From Escherichia phage tunzivis, in sequence record MN850604.1: DNA of 50,596 nt; one strand, written 5' to 3'. The stretch's first letter is position 1, and every line of letters begins with the position of its first letter. The translations under genes were made by a program, and so were the position numbers. The notes beneath the pieces were generated by a model that saw nothing but the letters and a program-made list of their open reading frames with translations, made no database searches and had not been told where the DNA came from. This document shows, piece after piece, positions 8,393 through 16,118 of this stretch.

Positions 8393-8664
8393 TACTTCTT
8401 GATCTCCTTACTGATAAATTTCAGCACCTGGCGCAAGAAAACTTCGTTGTTGATAGTCGCTGGCAATTCTTCTTTCACTTCTTGCGGCAGATAGATATTG
8501 CCGTGCCAGGTCAAGCAATCGTAGTTGATACGATAAGAGCAAAGCCACTCGCAATCGTTATCTGCTTCCCAAATGCAGAGTTGCAGAACATCGCCAAAAT
8601 CTTCAACAGTCAGATCCAGACCGTGACGCTTAGCGAAATTGAAAGTGGTTTTGCTGATGTTCAT
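8392..8664 (-). CDS. hypothetical protein (first gene of leftward early operon)
   Basis: 90-aa ORF; RBS AGGAGAT; motif-type promoter at 8724..8742. Confidence 0.45.
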   Translation of the reverse strand: MNISKTTFNFAKRHGLDLTVEDFGDVLQLCIWEADNDCEWLCSYRINYDCLTWHGNIYLPQEVKEELPATINNEVFLRQVLKFISKEIKK

Positions 8665-8723
8665 TTACTATCTCCTGAGCGGTTCGTTTCGATGTGTGTA
8701 ATGTACCCGATCAGGCGGCCTGA

Positions 8724-8742
8724 GTTTTAACAAAAAGTGCTA
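8724..8742 (-). promoter_or_regulatory. conserved motif copy upstream of 8392..8664
   Basis: exact 19-mer; 18-nt spacer; TACATT; CATCGAAACGAACC leader. Confidence 0.55.
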
Positions 8743-8749
8743 TTTGACG

Positions 8750-9300
8750 GTTATCGCCAGGATTGCGATCGAAATAATCAAAAGTAATCATTCGTAATCA
8801 AATCACGTCAAAATGATGATTGCCTTTGCAAATTTGATGAGAAAAGCAATCACGTTTAATCATTGGTTGCAGGGGAGATAGTGAAACCTTCCCCTCTTGC
8901 CTCACTTTTCCGCTTGGCTGTCAGCGGTTGTTGTCTTTTGTTCACCCCTGTTACCGATTTCAGGCGGCGTGTTTCCGCGCGGTTTTCCGGTGTATCGAAA
9001 ACGGAAAAAACAAAAAAAATCCTTTATAATACATTGAAAATAAAGATTATTTATTTATATATATCTATAATGTTTTCTTTTTGTTCTCACTGTTACAGTG
9101 CTTTTTGTTGGGTATGGTGTGTTTGTGTGTGGGTATATATGGATAGTTGCGCGCGCGGCGGATTGCATATGTATATATACTTTTTCCGGCGGATTGCGTT
9201 AACAGCGTGAACAGAAAAATAACAGCCCTGAAATCAATAACTTGCGCATGATTTTGTAGTTTTTCGATATTGGTAACGTTTTGAATACAACAAAAACATT
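8750..9300. repeat. AT-rich divergent control region with short direct repeats (TAATCA-type), TA/TG-rich tracts and a motif-like AGTGCTTTTTGTT
   Basis: TAATCA/AATCAC repeats 8775..8870; GGTTTTCCGGTGTATCGAAAAC 8981..9002; TTATTTATTTATATATATCTATAAT 9047..9071; GTGTGTTTGTGTGTGGGTATATATGG 9118..9143. Confidence 0.5.
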
Positions 9301-9326
9301 GACACGCACAAAATAGCTTTTATAAT
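9299..9326 (+). promoter_or_regulatory. consensus sigma70 promoter (TTGACA-16 nt-TATAAT), candidate early promoter
   Basis: TTGACA at 9299..9304, TATAAT at 9321..9326; 32 bp upstream of first rightward gene. Confidence 0.65.
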
Positions 9327-9357
9327 GCGCCAACAGTCAACAACTGGAGGAAAGGAA

Positions 9358-9822
9358 ATGGAACAGAAGACCACTAAGGACTATTGCGATTGGCTTCGCG
9401 AGCTTGGTCGCCGCCTGGCTAGTGGCGATATTGAAGAGTATAAAATGTCACTAATTGACCTGGCCGGAATGTTAAGCGGTGACGACTGCTACAAGATCAC
9501 GCGCAGTTCATCCTACAGCCGGACCATTATCAACCGCGTTCCAGAAGTAAGGGCCGCAGGTCGGGTAAGCATCAAGGTAGAGGAAACGGAAGATGATAAA
9601 TTTTACGTTTTCCGCATGGTCCGCGAATCGAAAAGGAAAATCATCACACCCGAAGAATTGCCAGCCATCAAGGCAAGGGCGATCAAAAAGTTTGCCGATC
9701 GCATACTGGCAGCAATCCCGAATATCGTGGACCTGGAAGGGGATAAACTGGCTGGGGCTTGCGAGGGTGTAAGCCGCTACCAGGATATGATCCGCGAAAT
9801 CATCAAAGAGGAAGAGCAATGA
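9358..9822 (+). CDS. hypothetical early protein (first gene after consensus sigma70 promoter)
   Basis: ORF 9325..9822; ATG at 9358 preceded by GGAGGAAAGG; 154 aa; a possible DNA-binding role is speculation. Confidence 0.45.
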   Translation: MEQKTTKDYCDWLRELGRRLASGDIEEYKMSLIDLAGMLSGDDCYKITRSSSYSRTIINRVPEVRAAGRVSIKVEETEDDKFYVFRMVRESKRKIITPEELPAIKARAIKKFADRILAAIPNIVDLEGDKLAGACEGVSRYQDMIREIIKEEEQ

Positions 9823-10091
9823 AAAAGGCATTAATCAGCGTTTTGGCGGCAATGGCATTCCTGACCGGATGCAAAGAAGATGGCGCGCATGTTGGCAATG
9901 TGCAGATGGCTAACCCTGGCGATGACTACAGCGTAAGGGAGCTATTCACCGCTGACGGTTGCACCGTTTACCGATTCTATGACGATCGCACTGTTTACTT
10001 CACCAACTGCAAGGGCACTACTAGCTGGGAAGTGTCGAAAAGCAATGGCAAAGGCACGAAGACAGAACATATGACCGTCGAGACAAAATAG
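9819..10091 (+). CDS. lipoprotein (candidate superinfection-exclusion protein)
   Basis: ORF 9759..10091; ATG at 9819; signal peptide with lipobox LTGC; about 70 mature residues with two further Cys; stop TAG is part of the downstream motif. Confidence 0.5.
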   Translation: MKKALISVLAAMAFLTGCKEDGAHVGNVQMANPGDDYSVRELFTADGCTVYRFYDDRTVYFTNCKGTTSWEVSKSNGKGTKTEHMTVETK

Positions 10092-10107
10092 CACTTTTTG
10101 TTAAAAC
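10089..10107 (+). promoter_or_regulatory. conserved motif copy upstream of 10164..10349
   Basis: exact TAGCACTTTTTGTTAAAAC; hairpin GCCAGGTGCAAAGCCTGGC; CATAAT 10126..10131; leader CATCGAAACGAG. Confidence 0.6.
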
Positions 10108-10163
10108 GCCAGGTGCAAAGCCTGGCATAATAGCCTCATCGAAACGAGATTGAGGAAACAAAA

Positions 10164-10349
10164 ATGGCACGTCGCATCACCAAAGACCTTAAAGTACTGA
10201 ACAAAGAAAACGTAGTTAAAATCCTGGTTATCTGGGGCTACAACGAAGAAACAGCAAAGCAGAAGGTAGAGGCAGGTTATGACCTGGCTGTAAAAGCAAT
10301 GCCAAACGATGACGCCAAAGGCATTGCAAACTATGTAGCGTTCTTTTAA
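10164..10349 (+). CDS. hypothetical protein
   Basis: 61-aa ORF downstream of a motif-type promoter and CATCGAAACGA leader. Confidence 0.4.
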   Translation: MARRITKDLKVLNKENVVKILVIWGYNEETAKQKVEAGYDLAVKAMPNDDAKGIANYVAFF

Positions 10350-10364
10350 TTAGCAGGTGAATAG

Positions 10365-10550
10365 ATGAAAACGAAATTAGTCCATAAGTCAGAAATCAAG
10401 ATCGGCGATACTGTGATTCACAACGGCGAGCTTAGAACGGTTGGCAAGGAGTCAATAAGCCACGATGAATTTATGGGGATCTTGTTGTTCGGTGACTCTT
10501 ATCGTCTTGGTTACAAGATGGTTGAGCTTGTGGAAGATGTCAAATTCTAA
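10365..10550 (+). CDS. hypothetical protein
   Basis: 61-aa ORF; RBS AGGTGA. Confidence 0.4.
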   Translation: MKTKLVHKSEIKIGDTVIHNGELRTVGKESISHDEFMGILLFGDSYRLGYKMVELVEDVKF

Positions 10551-10551
10551 A

Positions 10552-10570
10552 TAGCACTTTTTGTTAAAAC
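10552..10570 (+). promoter_or_regulatory. conserved motif copy upstream of 10649..11542
   Basis: exact 19-mer; CATAAT 10589..10594 (18-nt spacer). Confidence 0.55.
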
Positions 10571-10648
10571 TCGAAAACGATAACCAGGCATAATAAATCA
10601 CATATGGCGGCACGGCGTCGCCCACAAAACCAATCAGGAGAAAGCACC

Positions 10649-11542
10649 ATGTTAAAACTTGCTGACATTAAATTCCCGATCACCTTCGAATCTCGCGGCA
10701 TTGGTCATTACATTTTTACCGATGAAAAAACATGCCATAAGGTTGATATGAATAGCGACAAACTAAGCCCATCAGACATGGAGATTGAACACTTTATTGA
10801 TGCGCACAATACGCAGTACAACGCACTTAAAGACTATGGCTATGCAATGCCAGGATATACCAGCTTCCACTACAAGCCATATAAAGGCCAGGTGTTGCCA
10901 GTGCGCTCACCGGAACGCGCAGAGATTCCGATGGTCGAGATGAAAACATGCGACTATAAAAAGCTGTGGTGCTTAAGTGTTGACAATATCAAGTATCCGA
11001 TCACGTTCTACACGGTTGGTAATTCAACGATTCGATTCACATCGCGCGACAATGGCGTTTATAGCGATGGTACGAAATCAGAGTTGAAAGTTGATTTCTT
11101 TGTCAACGGTCACAATAGATACAATCCGCACAACGAAGAGGATAAAGTGTACTACGTGGAAGACATTACAAAACACTTGTTTGGAGAAACTCCATTCGGC
11201 GGCGGTAAGACGTCAATTCAAAAAATCATTGGCGATGAGATCCACAAAGCGGCTGCCGAAATGAAAGCGCCTGGAGGCTGGCGTATTGACAAGAGCGCAT
11301 TTGCAAATCAAGAAATAGTAACGCAGGGAGCAATTGAAGATATGCCAGTTGCAGCCACTCTAAAAGGAGTCCGGCTTGATGACGGCACCTGGTATGAAGT
11401 AACGGCTACACCAAAGACGATCGAGATTCATGATGACGTTGTTATCCTTCTGCTTCACTACGGCGGCTATAAAAACCGGACGATTGCAGGTGAGATCAGC
11501 ATCAAGCGCGGAACGATGGTTAAGTGGAAGGTGAAGATTTGA
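10649..11542 (+). CDS. hypothetical protein
   Basis: ORF 10604..11542; ATG at 10649 preceded by AGGAG preferred over 10604 (which would be leaderless). Confidence 0.45.
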   Translation: MLKLADIKFPITFESRGIGHYIFTDEKTCHKVDMNSDKLSPSDMEIEHFIDAHNTQYNALKDYGYAMPGYTSFHYKPYKGQVLPVRSPERAEIPMVEMKTCDYKKLWCLSVDNIKYPITFYTVGNSTIRFTSRDNGVYSDGTKSELKVDFFVNGHNRYNPHNEEDKVYYVEDITKHLFGETPFGGGKTSIQKIIGDEIHKAAAEMKAPGGWRIDKSAFANQEIVTQGAIEDMPVAATLKGVRLDDGTWYEVTATPKTIEIHDDVVILLLHYGGYKNRTIAGEISIKRGTMVKWKVKI

Positions 11543-11618
11543 GTTTGTTCACTGCGGCGCACGTCGCCGCATGGATCGGATTGTTTGCCTACCTGTTTAG
11601 CTTTTATTGAGGTGAGAG

Positions 11619-11771
11619 ATGGCTACCTGGATTTTACTGATTCTTATGATTGATGGCGGCGTTGACCATATCGAAATGAATAGCCAGCAATCTTGCATTG
11701 AGGCACGAGAGCAGATCAAGAACAACAACGGGTTTTATGCGTACACTCACACGCTATGTATTAAGAAATAG
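11619..11771 (+). CDS. small hydrophobic protein, paralog of 12777..12938 (<60 aa, not in track)
   Basis: Manual read MATWILLILMIDGG...CIEAREQIKNNNGFYAYTHTLCIKK; RBS GAGGTGAGAG; stop TAG is the first triplet of the motif at 11769. Confidence 0.4.
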   Translation: MATWILLILMIDGGVDHIEMNSQQSCIEAREQIKNNNGFYAYTHTLCIKK

Positions 11772-11787
11772 CACTTTTTGTTAAAAC
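11769..11787 (+). promoter_or_regulatory. conserved motif copy upstream of 11841..12062
   Basis: exact 19-mer; TATAAT 11805..11810 embedded in GGCCA..TGGCC hairpin. Confidence 0.55.
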
Positions 11788-11840
11788 TCAAATGTGGGGC
11801 CAAGTATAATGGCCTCACTTTCAACGAAGGAGATAAAACG

Positions 11841-12062
11841 ATGTACATTAAAAAGAAGATGAAATGCATTTCCGTTAACTATGCTTGCTCTGGCATGTTC
11901 AAGCCTGGCGAAATCTATACGGCGCAAAAACTGAAATCATCAACCGGATCTTTTTACGTGAGCAATAATAAGGGGCATCGCATGTTCCTGAACGGCGGCG
12001 AAGGCACTAAGGTTATGGCGCACGCTATGGTAATTGCTGAATTTGAGGAAGTGAAAGAATGA
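11841..12062 (+). CDS. hypothetical protein
   Basis: ORF 11778..12062; ATG at 11841 preceded by AAGGAGA. Confidence 0.4.
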   Translation: MYIKKKMKCISVNYACSGMFKPGEIYTAQKLKSSTGSFYVSNNKGHRMFLNGGEGTKVMAHAMVIAEFEEVKE

Positions 12063-12244
12063 TTATCTACGTTGTGCATGGTGATATTTACTACGACGGA
12101 GAATACTTTGAGGGAGCCTTCAGCGAATTTGATAAGGCAGAACAGCACGCTGAGACGCTTCCGGATTGTTACGACGAAGTAACAATACGCGAGATAAAAC
12201 TTGATGATCCAACATATGATGGCGACAAATGGAGCGTAAAATGA
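12059..12244 (+). CDS. hypothetical protein
   Basis: 61-aa ORF overlapping neighbours by 4 nt each side. Confidence 0.4.
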   Translation: MIIYVVHGDIYYDGEYFEGAFSEFDKAEQHAETLPDCYDEVTIREIKLDDPTYDGDKWSVK

Positions 12245-12780
12245 AAAAATACACTTTCGAACTGTGGGGCAAGAAGTACGAATTAATCACCAGCAAGCCG
12301 ATTGTTATCGTTGACCTGGACGGCACACTATCGGACGGATCGCATCGTCTGCACTTGCTGCCAACTGAAAACTTGCACCTTGCCGAATCGTGGAGCGAAT
12401 TTAACAGGGCCGCCGACGGAGATTCACCGATTAAGAGCACGATCGCGGTTATTAACGGTTTGTGGGTGTCAGGATTTGCCATCGTCATCTTGACCGGACG
12501 TAGCGACGAGGTTCGCTATAAAACCTGCAAATGGTTGAATGAGAACGGTGTGAAGTTTGACGAAATCATCATGCGCCGCCAGGAGGACAACCGAAAGGAT
12601 ACGGTTATTAAAGAAGAAGCCTTGCGCGCCATTGGCCTGGACAGCATTGTTTGCGCCTTTGACGATTCGCCGAACGTTGTTAAGCACTTCCGCAGCCTGG
12701 GAATCACAACCTATCAGGTCACGGAATACGACAAGCCGCACGCTCACCTGCAATCTCACGGCGTGGAGTGTTTAAAATGA
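12241..12780 (+). CDS. HAD-superfamily phosphatase (polynucleotide 3-prime-phosphatase / nucleotidase-like)
   Basis: ORF 12229..12780; HAD motif I VIVDLDGTLSD near N-terminus; ATGA overlap with upstream gene. Confidence 0.55.
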   Translation: MKKYTFELWGKKYELITSKPIVIVDLDGTLSDGSHRLHLLPTENLHLAESWSEFNRAADGDSPIKSTIAVINGLWVSGFAIVILTGRSDEVRYKTCKWLNENGVKFDEIIMRRQEDNRKDTVIKEEALRAIGLDSIVCAFDDSPNVVKHFRSLGITTYQVTEYDKPHAHLQSHGVECLK

Positions 12781-12938
12781 CTTGGTTGCTTTTAATCTTT
12801 GTCACAAGTTACAACTCCGCAGCTATTGAGTCGCAGGAGTTCCACGGCGAATCAAGATGCCAGGAAGCGCGAAAGCAAGTTATTCTCCACATGTCAGATA
12901 GTGGGAAGGATGTAACAGCGTTATGCGTTCGTAAATAG
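12777..12938 (+). CDS. small hydrophobic protein, paralog of 11619..11771 (<60 aa, not in track)
   Basis: Manual read MTWLLLIFVTSYNSAAIESQEFHGESRCQEARKQVILHMSDSGKDVTALCVRK; ATGA overlap with phosphatase stop; stop TAG is the first triplet of the motif at 12936. Confidence 0.4.
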   Translation: MTWLLLIFVTSYNSAAIESQEFHGESRCQEARKQVILHMSDSGKDVTALCVRK

Positions 12939-12955
12939 CACTTTTTGCAAAAAAC
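12936..12955 (+). promoter_or_regulatory. conserved motif copy (variant TAGCACTTTTTGCAAAAAAC) upstream of 13011..13274
   Basis: 18-nt spacer then TATAGT 12974..12979 inside GGGCTT..AAGCCC hairpin. Confidence 0.5.
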
Positions 12956-13010
12956 AGATCATTGGGCTTGCTGTATAGTAAGCCCATCAACAACAAACGA
13001 GGATTAAATC

Positions 13011-13274
13011 ATGGCTAACAAGATCGAGTTTTTTAAAGCTGTAGACATTATCGACGGCGCGCCTAGCTTCTTTGCTATCCATTCTATTGACGGCAAGGAT
13101 ATTGGGTACAACGTTATCCGTCGAGATGGAATATCAAAAATTAGTGACCTGGTAGGCCATATTGTGTCAAACGGGAAATGCGCATGGCCCGATTCGCCAC
13201 GAGAGCCGCGCCGCCGCGACATGGTAGAGCCTGTTCTGCTTTACACTCTGGTAGTAGAGGGAGAAAATAAATGA
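13011..13274 (+). CDS. hypothetical protein
   Basis: 87-aa ORF; RBS GAGGA; downstream of motif-type promoter. Confidence 0.45.
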   Translation: MANKIEFFKAVDIIDGAPSFFAIHSIDGKDIGYNVIRRDGISKISDLVGHIVSNGKCAWPDSPREPRRRDMVEPVLLYTLVVEGENK

Positions 13275-13456
13275 TTTTGTTACTTGCTTTTTTGGTTGTT
13301 TTTCTTTACATTTCAGGCTTATTCACGTTCCGCGCGTTTGTGAAATATTCTGGCGCGACAGACAAGGACGATAAAATCGTTCTCGCTTTCTGGTTTGTTT
13401 GGGTGTGGTTAGCAATTTACGAGATCATCAGAGAAAAACAGAAATTTGAGTGGTGA
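13271..13456 (+). CDS. small membrane protein
   Basis: 61 aa, two hydrophobic segments; ATGA overlap. Confidence 0.4.
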   Translation: MILLLAFLVVFLYISGLFTFRAFVKYSGATDKDDKIVLAFWFVWVWLAIYEIIREKQKFEW

Positions 13457-13515
13457 TTCTTGCTATGGCGCATTCATGCAGTGCGCCATGTTGAGAAAAC
13501 CTAAAGGGGGAGACG

Positions 13516-13665
13516 ATGCGTAACTTTGAAAAAATCATTACCAAAAAGAAGCGTCGCGGGTACGATGAGCATGTGGAGCTTGTGAAAAAGCAACGCAAGA
13601 AGCGCAACGAAGACAAGAAGCGCGGGAAAAAATTTAATGCGATTTTTCGCTATGGAGATCATTAA
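13516..13665 (+). CDS. small basic protein (<60 aa, not in track)
   Basis: Manual read MRNFEKIITKKKRRGYDEHVELVKKQRKKRNEDKKRGKKF...; RBS AAAGGGGGAGA. Confidence 0.3.
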   Translation: MRNFEKIITKKKRRGYDEHVELVKKQRKKRNEDKKRGKKFNAIFRYGDH

Positions 13666-13667
13666 TC

Positions 13668-14258
13668 ATGAAACGAGACATTATCATTCTTAATGGGCCG
13701 CCAGGTTGCGGGAAGGACACTATTGCAGCTTACCTAACGGGCCATCGTTACCCAGCGGTTAAGGCGTCATTCAAACAGCCGATGTTCGATATTGCGTTTT
13801 CCATGCTTGGCCCGACTCGATATGATGAGTTTATTGACCTGTACAACGACCGAGAGCAAAAAGAAAAGCCTCAAGTTATCTTAGGCGGCAAGTCACCTCG
13901 ACAATTCATGATCTGGATTAGCGAGGATGTAATGAAGCCAGTCTTTGGGGATCACTATTTCGGGCGTCGCATGGTTGAAGAGATTCACGAGATGTACCGA
14001 GATTTAGCGGTTGTGATCAGTGATGGGGGATTCCCCGAAGAAGTCAAGCCGCTTGTTAAGGCAGGGCATGAGGTGCATATTTGCCGATTGCATCGCGACG
14101 GCTTCACGTTTGCTGGCGATTCGAGAGACTACATTGACCTGAGCGGTTATCACTATCGAATCCATCACTATGACTTCCACTTGCAGGACGGAAAGCCGGA
14201 ACTGGCTGTAAACGAGATCGTCAATGCTGTCAAATGGAAGCACACACAGATTAAATAG
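13668..14258 (+). CDS. P-loop kinase (dNMP kinase / polynucleotide kinase-like)
   Basis: 196 aa; Walker A LNGPPGCGKDT at N-terminus, as in phage nucleotide kinases. Confidence 0.55.
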   Translation: MKRDIIILNGPPGCGKDTIAAYLTGHRYPAVKASFKQPMFDIAFSMLGPTRYDEFIDLYNDREQKEKPQVILGGKSPRQFMIWISEDVMKPVFGDHYFGRRMVEEIHEMYRDLAVVISDGGFPEEVKPLVKAGHEVHICRLHRDGFTFAGDSRDYIDLSGYHYRIHHYDFHLQDGKPELAVNEIVNAVKWKHTQIK

Positions 14259-14273
14259 CACGAATTGCTAAAC
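14256..14273 (+). promoter_or_regulatory. conserved motif copy (variant TAGCACGAATTGCTAAAC) upstream of 14329..14730
   Basis: TATAAT at 14293..14298, 37 bp from TAGCAC; GC hairpin between. Confidence 0.5.
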
Positions 14274-14328
14274 GCGGGGCGCAATGCCTCGCTATAATGC
14301 AAACACCAATCAACGAGAGGAAACAATC

Positions 14329-14730
14329 ATGGTGGAGTTAAACGACATTCGCGTTGGAACAAAATTTCGCGTAACCTGGGCAGATAAATATTGTGGCGTT
14401 AGCAAGGGCCAGGTTGTTGCGGTGGATAGTATTTATCGTGGTGTTAGTGGTGACTTTTGCCGTCCGCGCATCAATAATGGCTATATCATTACTCGCCGTA
14501 TTGGCTTTGATAATTATTGCGTAGTGGCGACTCAAGGAGTTTTGATTGAGCTTAAGAGAATCAGCGATCATCTCGGTCGTCATGTTAAGGCAATGAAAAC
14601 ACCATTTCAGCGAGCGAGATACGATGCGCGACGTATGCGCCGACTTGCGCGAAATGCGATCAAGTTCAAAAAGCCTGGCGATGATTTTTACGGCATGTAT
14701 AAGGGGATTGCGCGCAATGCTGGGAAATAA
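14329..14730 (+). CDS. hypothetical protein
   Basis: ORF 14284..14730; ATG at 14329 preceded by GAGAGGAAACA; downstream of variant motif and TATAAT. Confidence 0.45.
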   Translation: MVELNDIRVGTKFRVTWADKYCGVSKGQVVAVDSIYRGVSGDFCRPRINNGYIITRRIGFDNYCVVATQGVLIELKRISDHLGRHVKAMKTPFQRARYDARRMRRLARNAIKFKKPGDDFYGMYKGIARNAGK

Positions 14731-14829
14731 CAATAACGCAACGAATCCTAAGCCACCTTTTGATTTTCATTCCGCAATGATTGCGGTATTATCAATGCTA
14801 CTTTTTCTTTATAGCATGAGGGCGCTACT

Positions 14830-15078
14830 ATGGTTTTTAACGCATTGAAACGACTGTTTAAGCCGGAATACCGGATCGTATTTTGCCGCGACTGTTCTAC
14901 TTATCATGTGCAGCGACGCAGCTTAGGCGGCAATTGGCACTATGTTACAGACGACTTTTTCGGCATCATTGCCACTGAATTTAAGTATTACAGCGATGCT
15001 TATATGTACGTCAAGAAGCGCCACCGCTTACGCAAGTGTCGTTTTTCCGTGCTGATTCACGTTAATGATTGTTACTGA
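14830..15078 (+). CDS. hypothetical protein
   Basis: 82-aa ORF; RBS GAGGGCG. Confidence 0.4.
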   Translation: MVFNALKRLFKPEYRIVFCRDCSTYHVQRRSLGGNWHYVTDDFFGIIATEFKYYSDAYMYVKKRHRLRKCRFSVLIHVNDCY

Positions 15079-15085
15079 GGTGAAA

Positions 15086-15268
15086 ATGAAAACTGGTATT
15101 ATTATTCTTTTCCTGATTCTTTTCGGCAGTCATTTAACCATTAACTATGAGGGCATTATGGCCTTTTGGGGCAACTTGATGATGTTTGCCGCTGGTTCAA
15201 TTGCTGGCTACTCTGACGGGAAAAAGGATGGTGTGCGCAAGATGCTGATGGGGCTTAAACAAAAATAA
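15086..15268 (+). CDS. small membrane protein
   Basis: ORF 15065..15268; ATG at 15086 after GAGGTGA; two hydrophobic segments. Confidence 0.4.
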   Translation: MKTGIIILFLILFGSHLTINYEGIMAFWGNLMMFAAGSIAGYSDGKKDGVRKMLMGLKQK

Positions 15269-15279
15269 GGGGATATGAA

Positions 15280-15570
15280 ATGGCAAACAAAACTTACCGC
15301 AAACTACTTGTTAACGCTTTTGAAAACATCGCGCAGTGTAACAAGTGGAACGACTCTAAACACTCGCCAATCACAATGAAGCGCGCCGGATTCAAAAATG
15401 CTCGTTCATGGGCGCGAGCTTTCGCAGCTTGCTATATGCCGGATGGCGGACTAGGGGTGATGAACGATTTTTTGATCAACATGATAGAGGAAGCGGCGCG
15501 AGAGGATCGACCGCTGACACAGCGAGATTTTGACGGCTTCGCGCGCGATGAGCTTTACTATCTGAGCTAA
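15280..15570 (+). CDS. hypothetical protein
   Basis: 96-aa ORF; RBS AAGGGGA. Confidence 0.45.
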   Translation: MANKTYRKLLVNAFENIAQCNKWNDSKHSPITMKRAGFKNARSWARAFAACYMPDGGLGVMNDFLINMIEEAAREDRPLTQRDFDGFARDELYYLS

Positions 15571-15589
15571 TAGCACTTTTTGTTAAAAC
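15571..15589 (+). promoter_or_regulatory. conserved motif copy upstream of 15646..15858
   Basis: exact 19-mer; hairpin AAGGGCA..TGCCCTT; TAAAGT at +37. Confidence 0.5.
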
Positions 15590-15645
15590 TTCCGCAAGGG
15601 CATTTGGTAAAGTGCCCTTATTGAAGCGAAACAGAGGAAAGCGCA

Positions 15646-15858
15646 ATGAAAATCAAAATCACCAAAATCGACACTATCAACGGCGACGGATCAATCACTC
15701 TTGAGCAATGTGGCTTGGTTGTTGGTGATGTGCTGGAAGTTGACGGACATTTCAGCGACGGATCTTATTGTGTTATTGCGCCGCGTAACAGCGAGTTTAT
15801 CAAGGCTGGCGACAATATTAGTGTTAACCATGACGAATGCGAGGTAGTAGAAGAATGA
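15646..15858 (+). CDS. hypothetical protein
   Basis: 70-aa ORF downstream of motif-type promoter; RBS AGAGGAAAG. Confidence 0.45.
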   Translation: MKIKITKIDTINGDGSITLEQCGLVVGDVLEVDGHFSDGSYCVIAPRNSEFIKAGDNISVNHDECEVVEE

Positions 15859-16118
15859 TCACGATTAACCTGTCAGAGCAGCAAGCGCGCATTATATTAG
15901 CTGCCTTTGGCTGGCGAGATGATGACGGCATCCAGGCAACGGTTAAAATTCCTGAGCCAGTGGCGCGTGAAGTTTTCATCCAGCTAGAACACGCATTTGA
16001 TCCTGCTGGCACTGAGCAAGCGGAAACTGCCGCATGGTTCGGAGAGAACGGATACAGAGATCAGCAAGTCGAAAACTGGAAGCGCATAAACGAGACTATG
16101 GAGGAATCAGGTTTATGA
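15855..16118 (+). CDS. hypothetical protein
   Basis: ORF 15837..16118; ATG at 15855 overlaps upstream stop (ATGA). Confidence 0.4.
   Translation: MITINLSEQQARIILAAFGWRDDDGIQATVKIPEPVAREVFIQLEHAFDPAGTEQAETAAWFGENGYRDQQVENWKRINETMEESGL

Noticed and set aside
8863-9210. 115-aa ORF on the + strand inside the AT-rich divergent region
   Set aside because: Low-complexity translation (runs of C/V/W/Y from TG/TA repeats), no RBS, overlaps repeat tracts and promoter elements; treated as non-coding.
10604-10648. Upstream ATG at 10604 as start of the 10649..11542 gene
   Set aside because: It lies right at the predicted transcription start of the motif-type promoter and lacks an RBS; ATG 10649 has AGGAG at proper spacing.
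13465-13489. Perfect hairpin ATGGCGCA-ttcatgcag-TGCGCCAT between 13271..13456 and 13516..13665 as a terminator
   Set aside because: No downstream T-run (followed by GTTGAGAAAACC); may be an RNA processing or protein-binding site, but evidence is insufficient to call a terminator.
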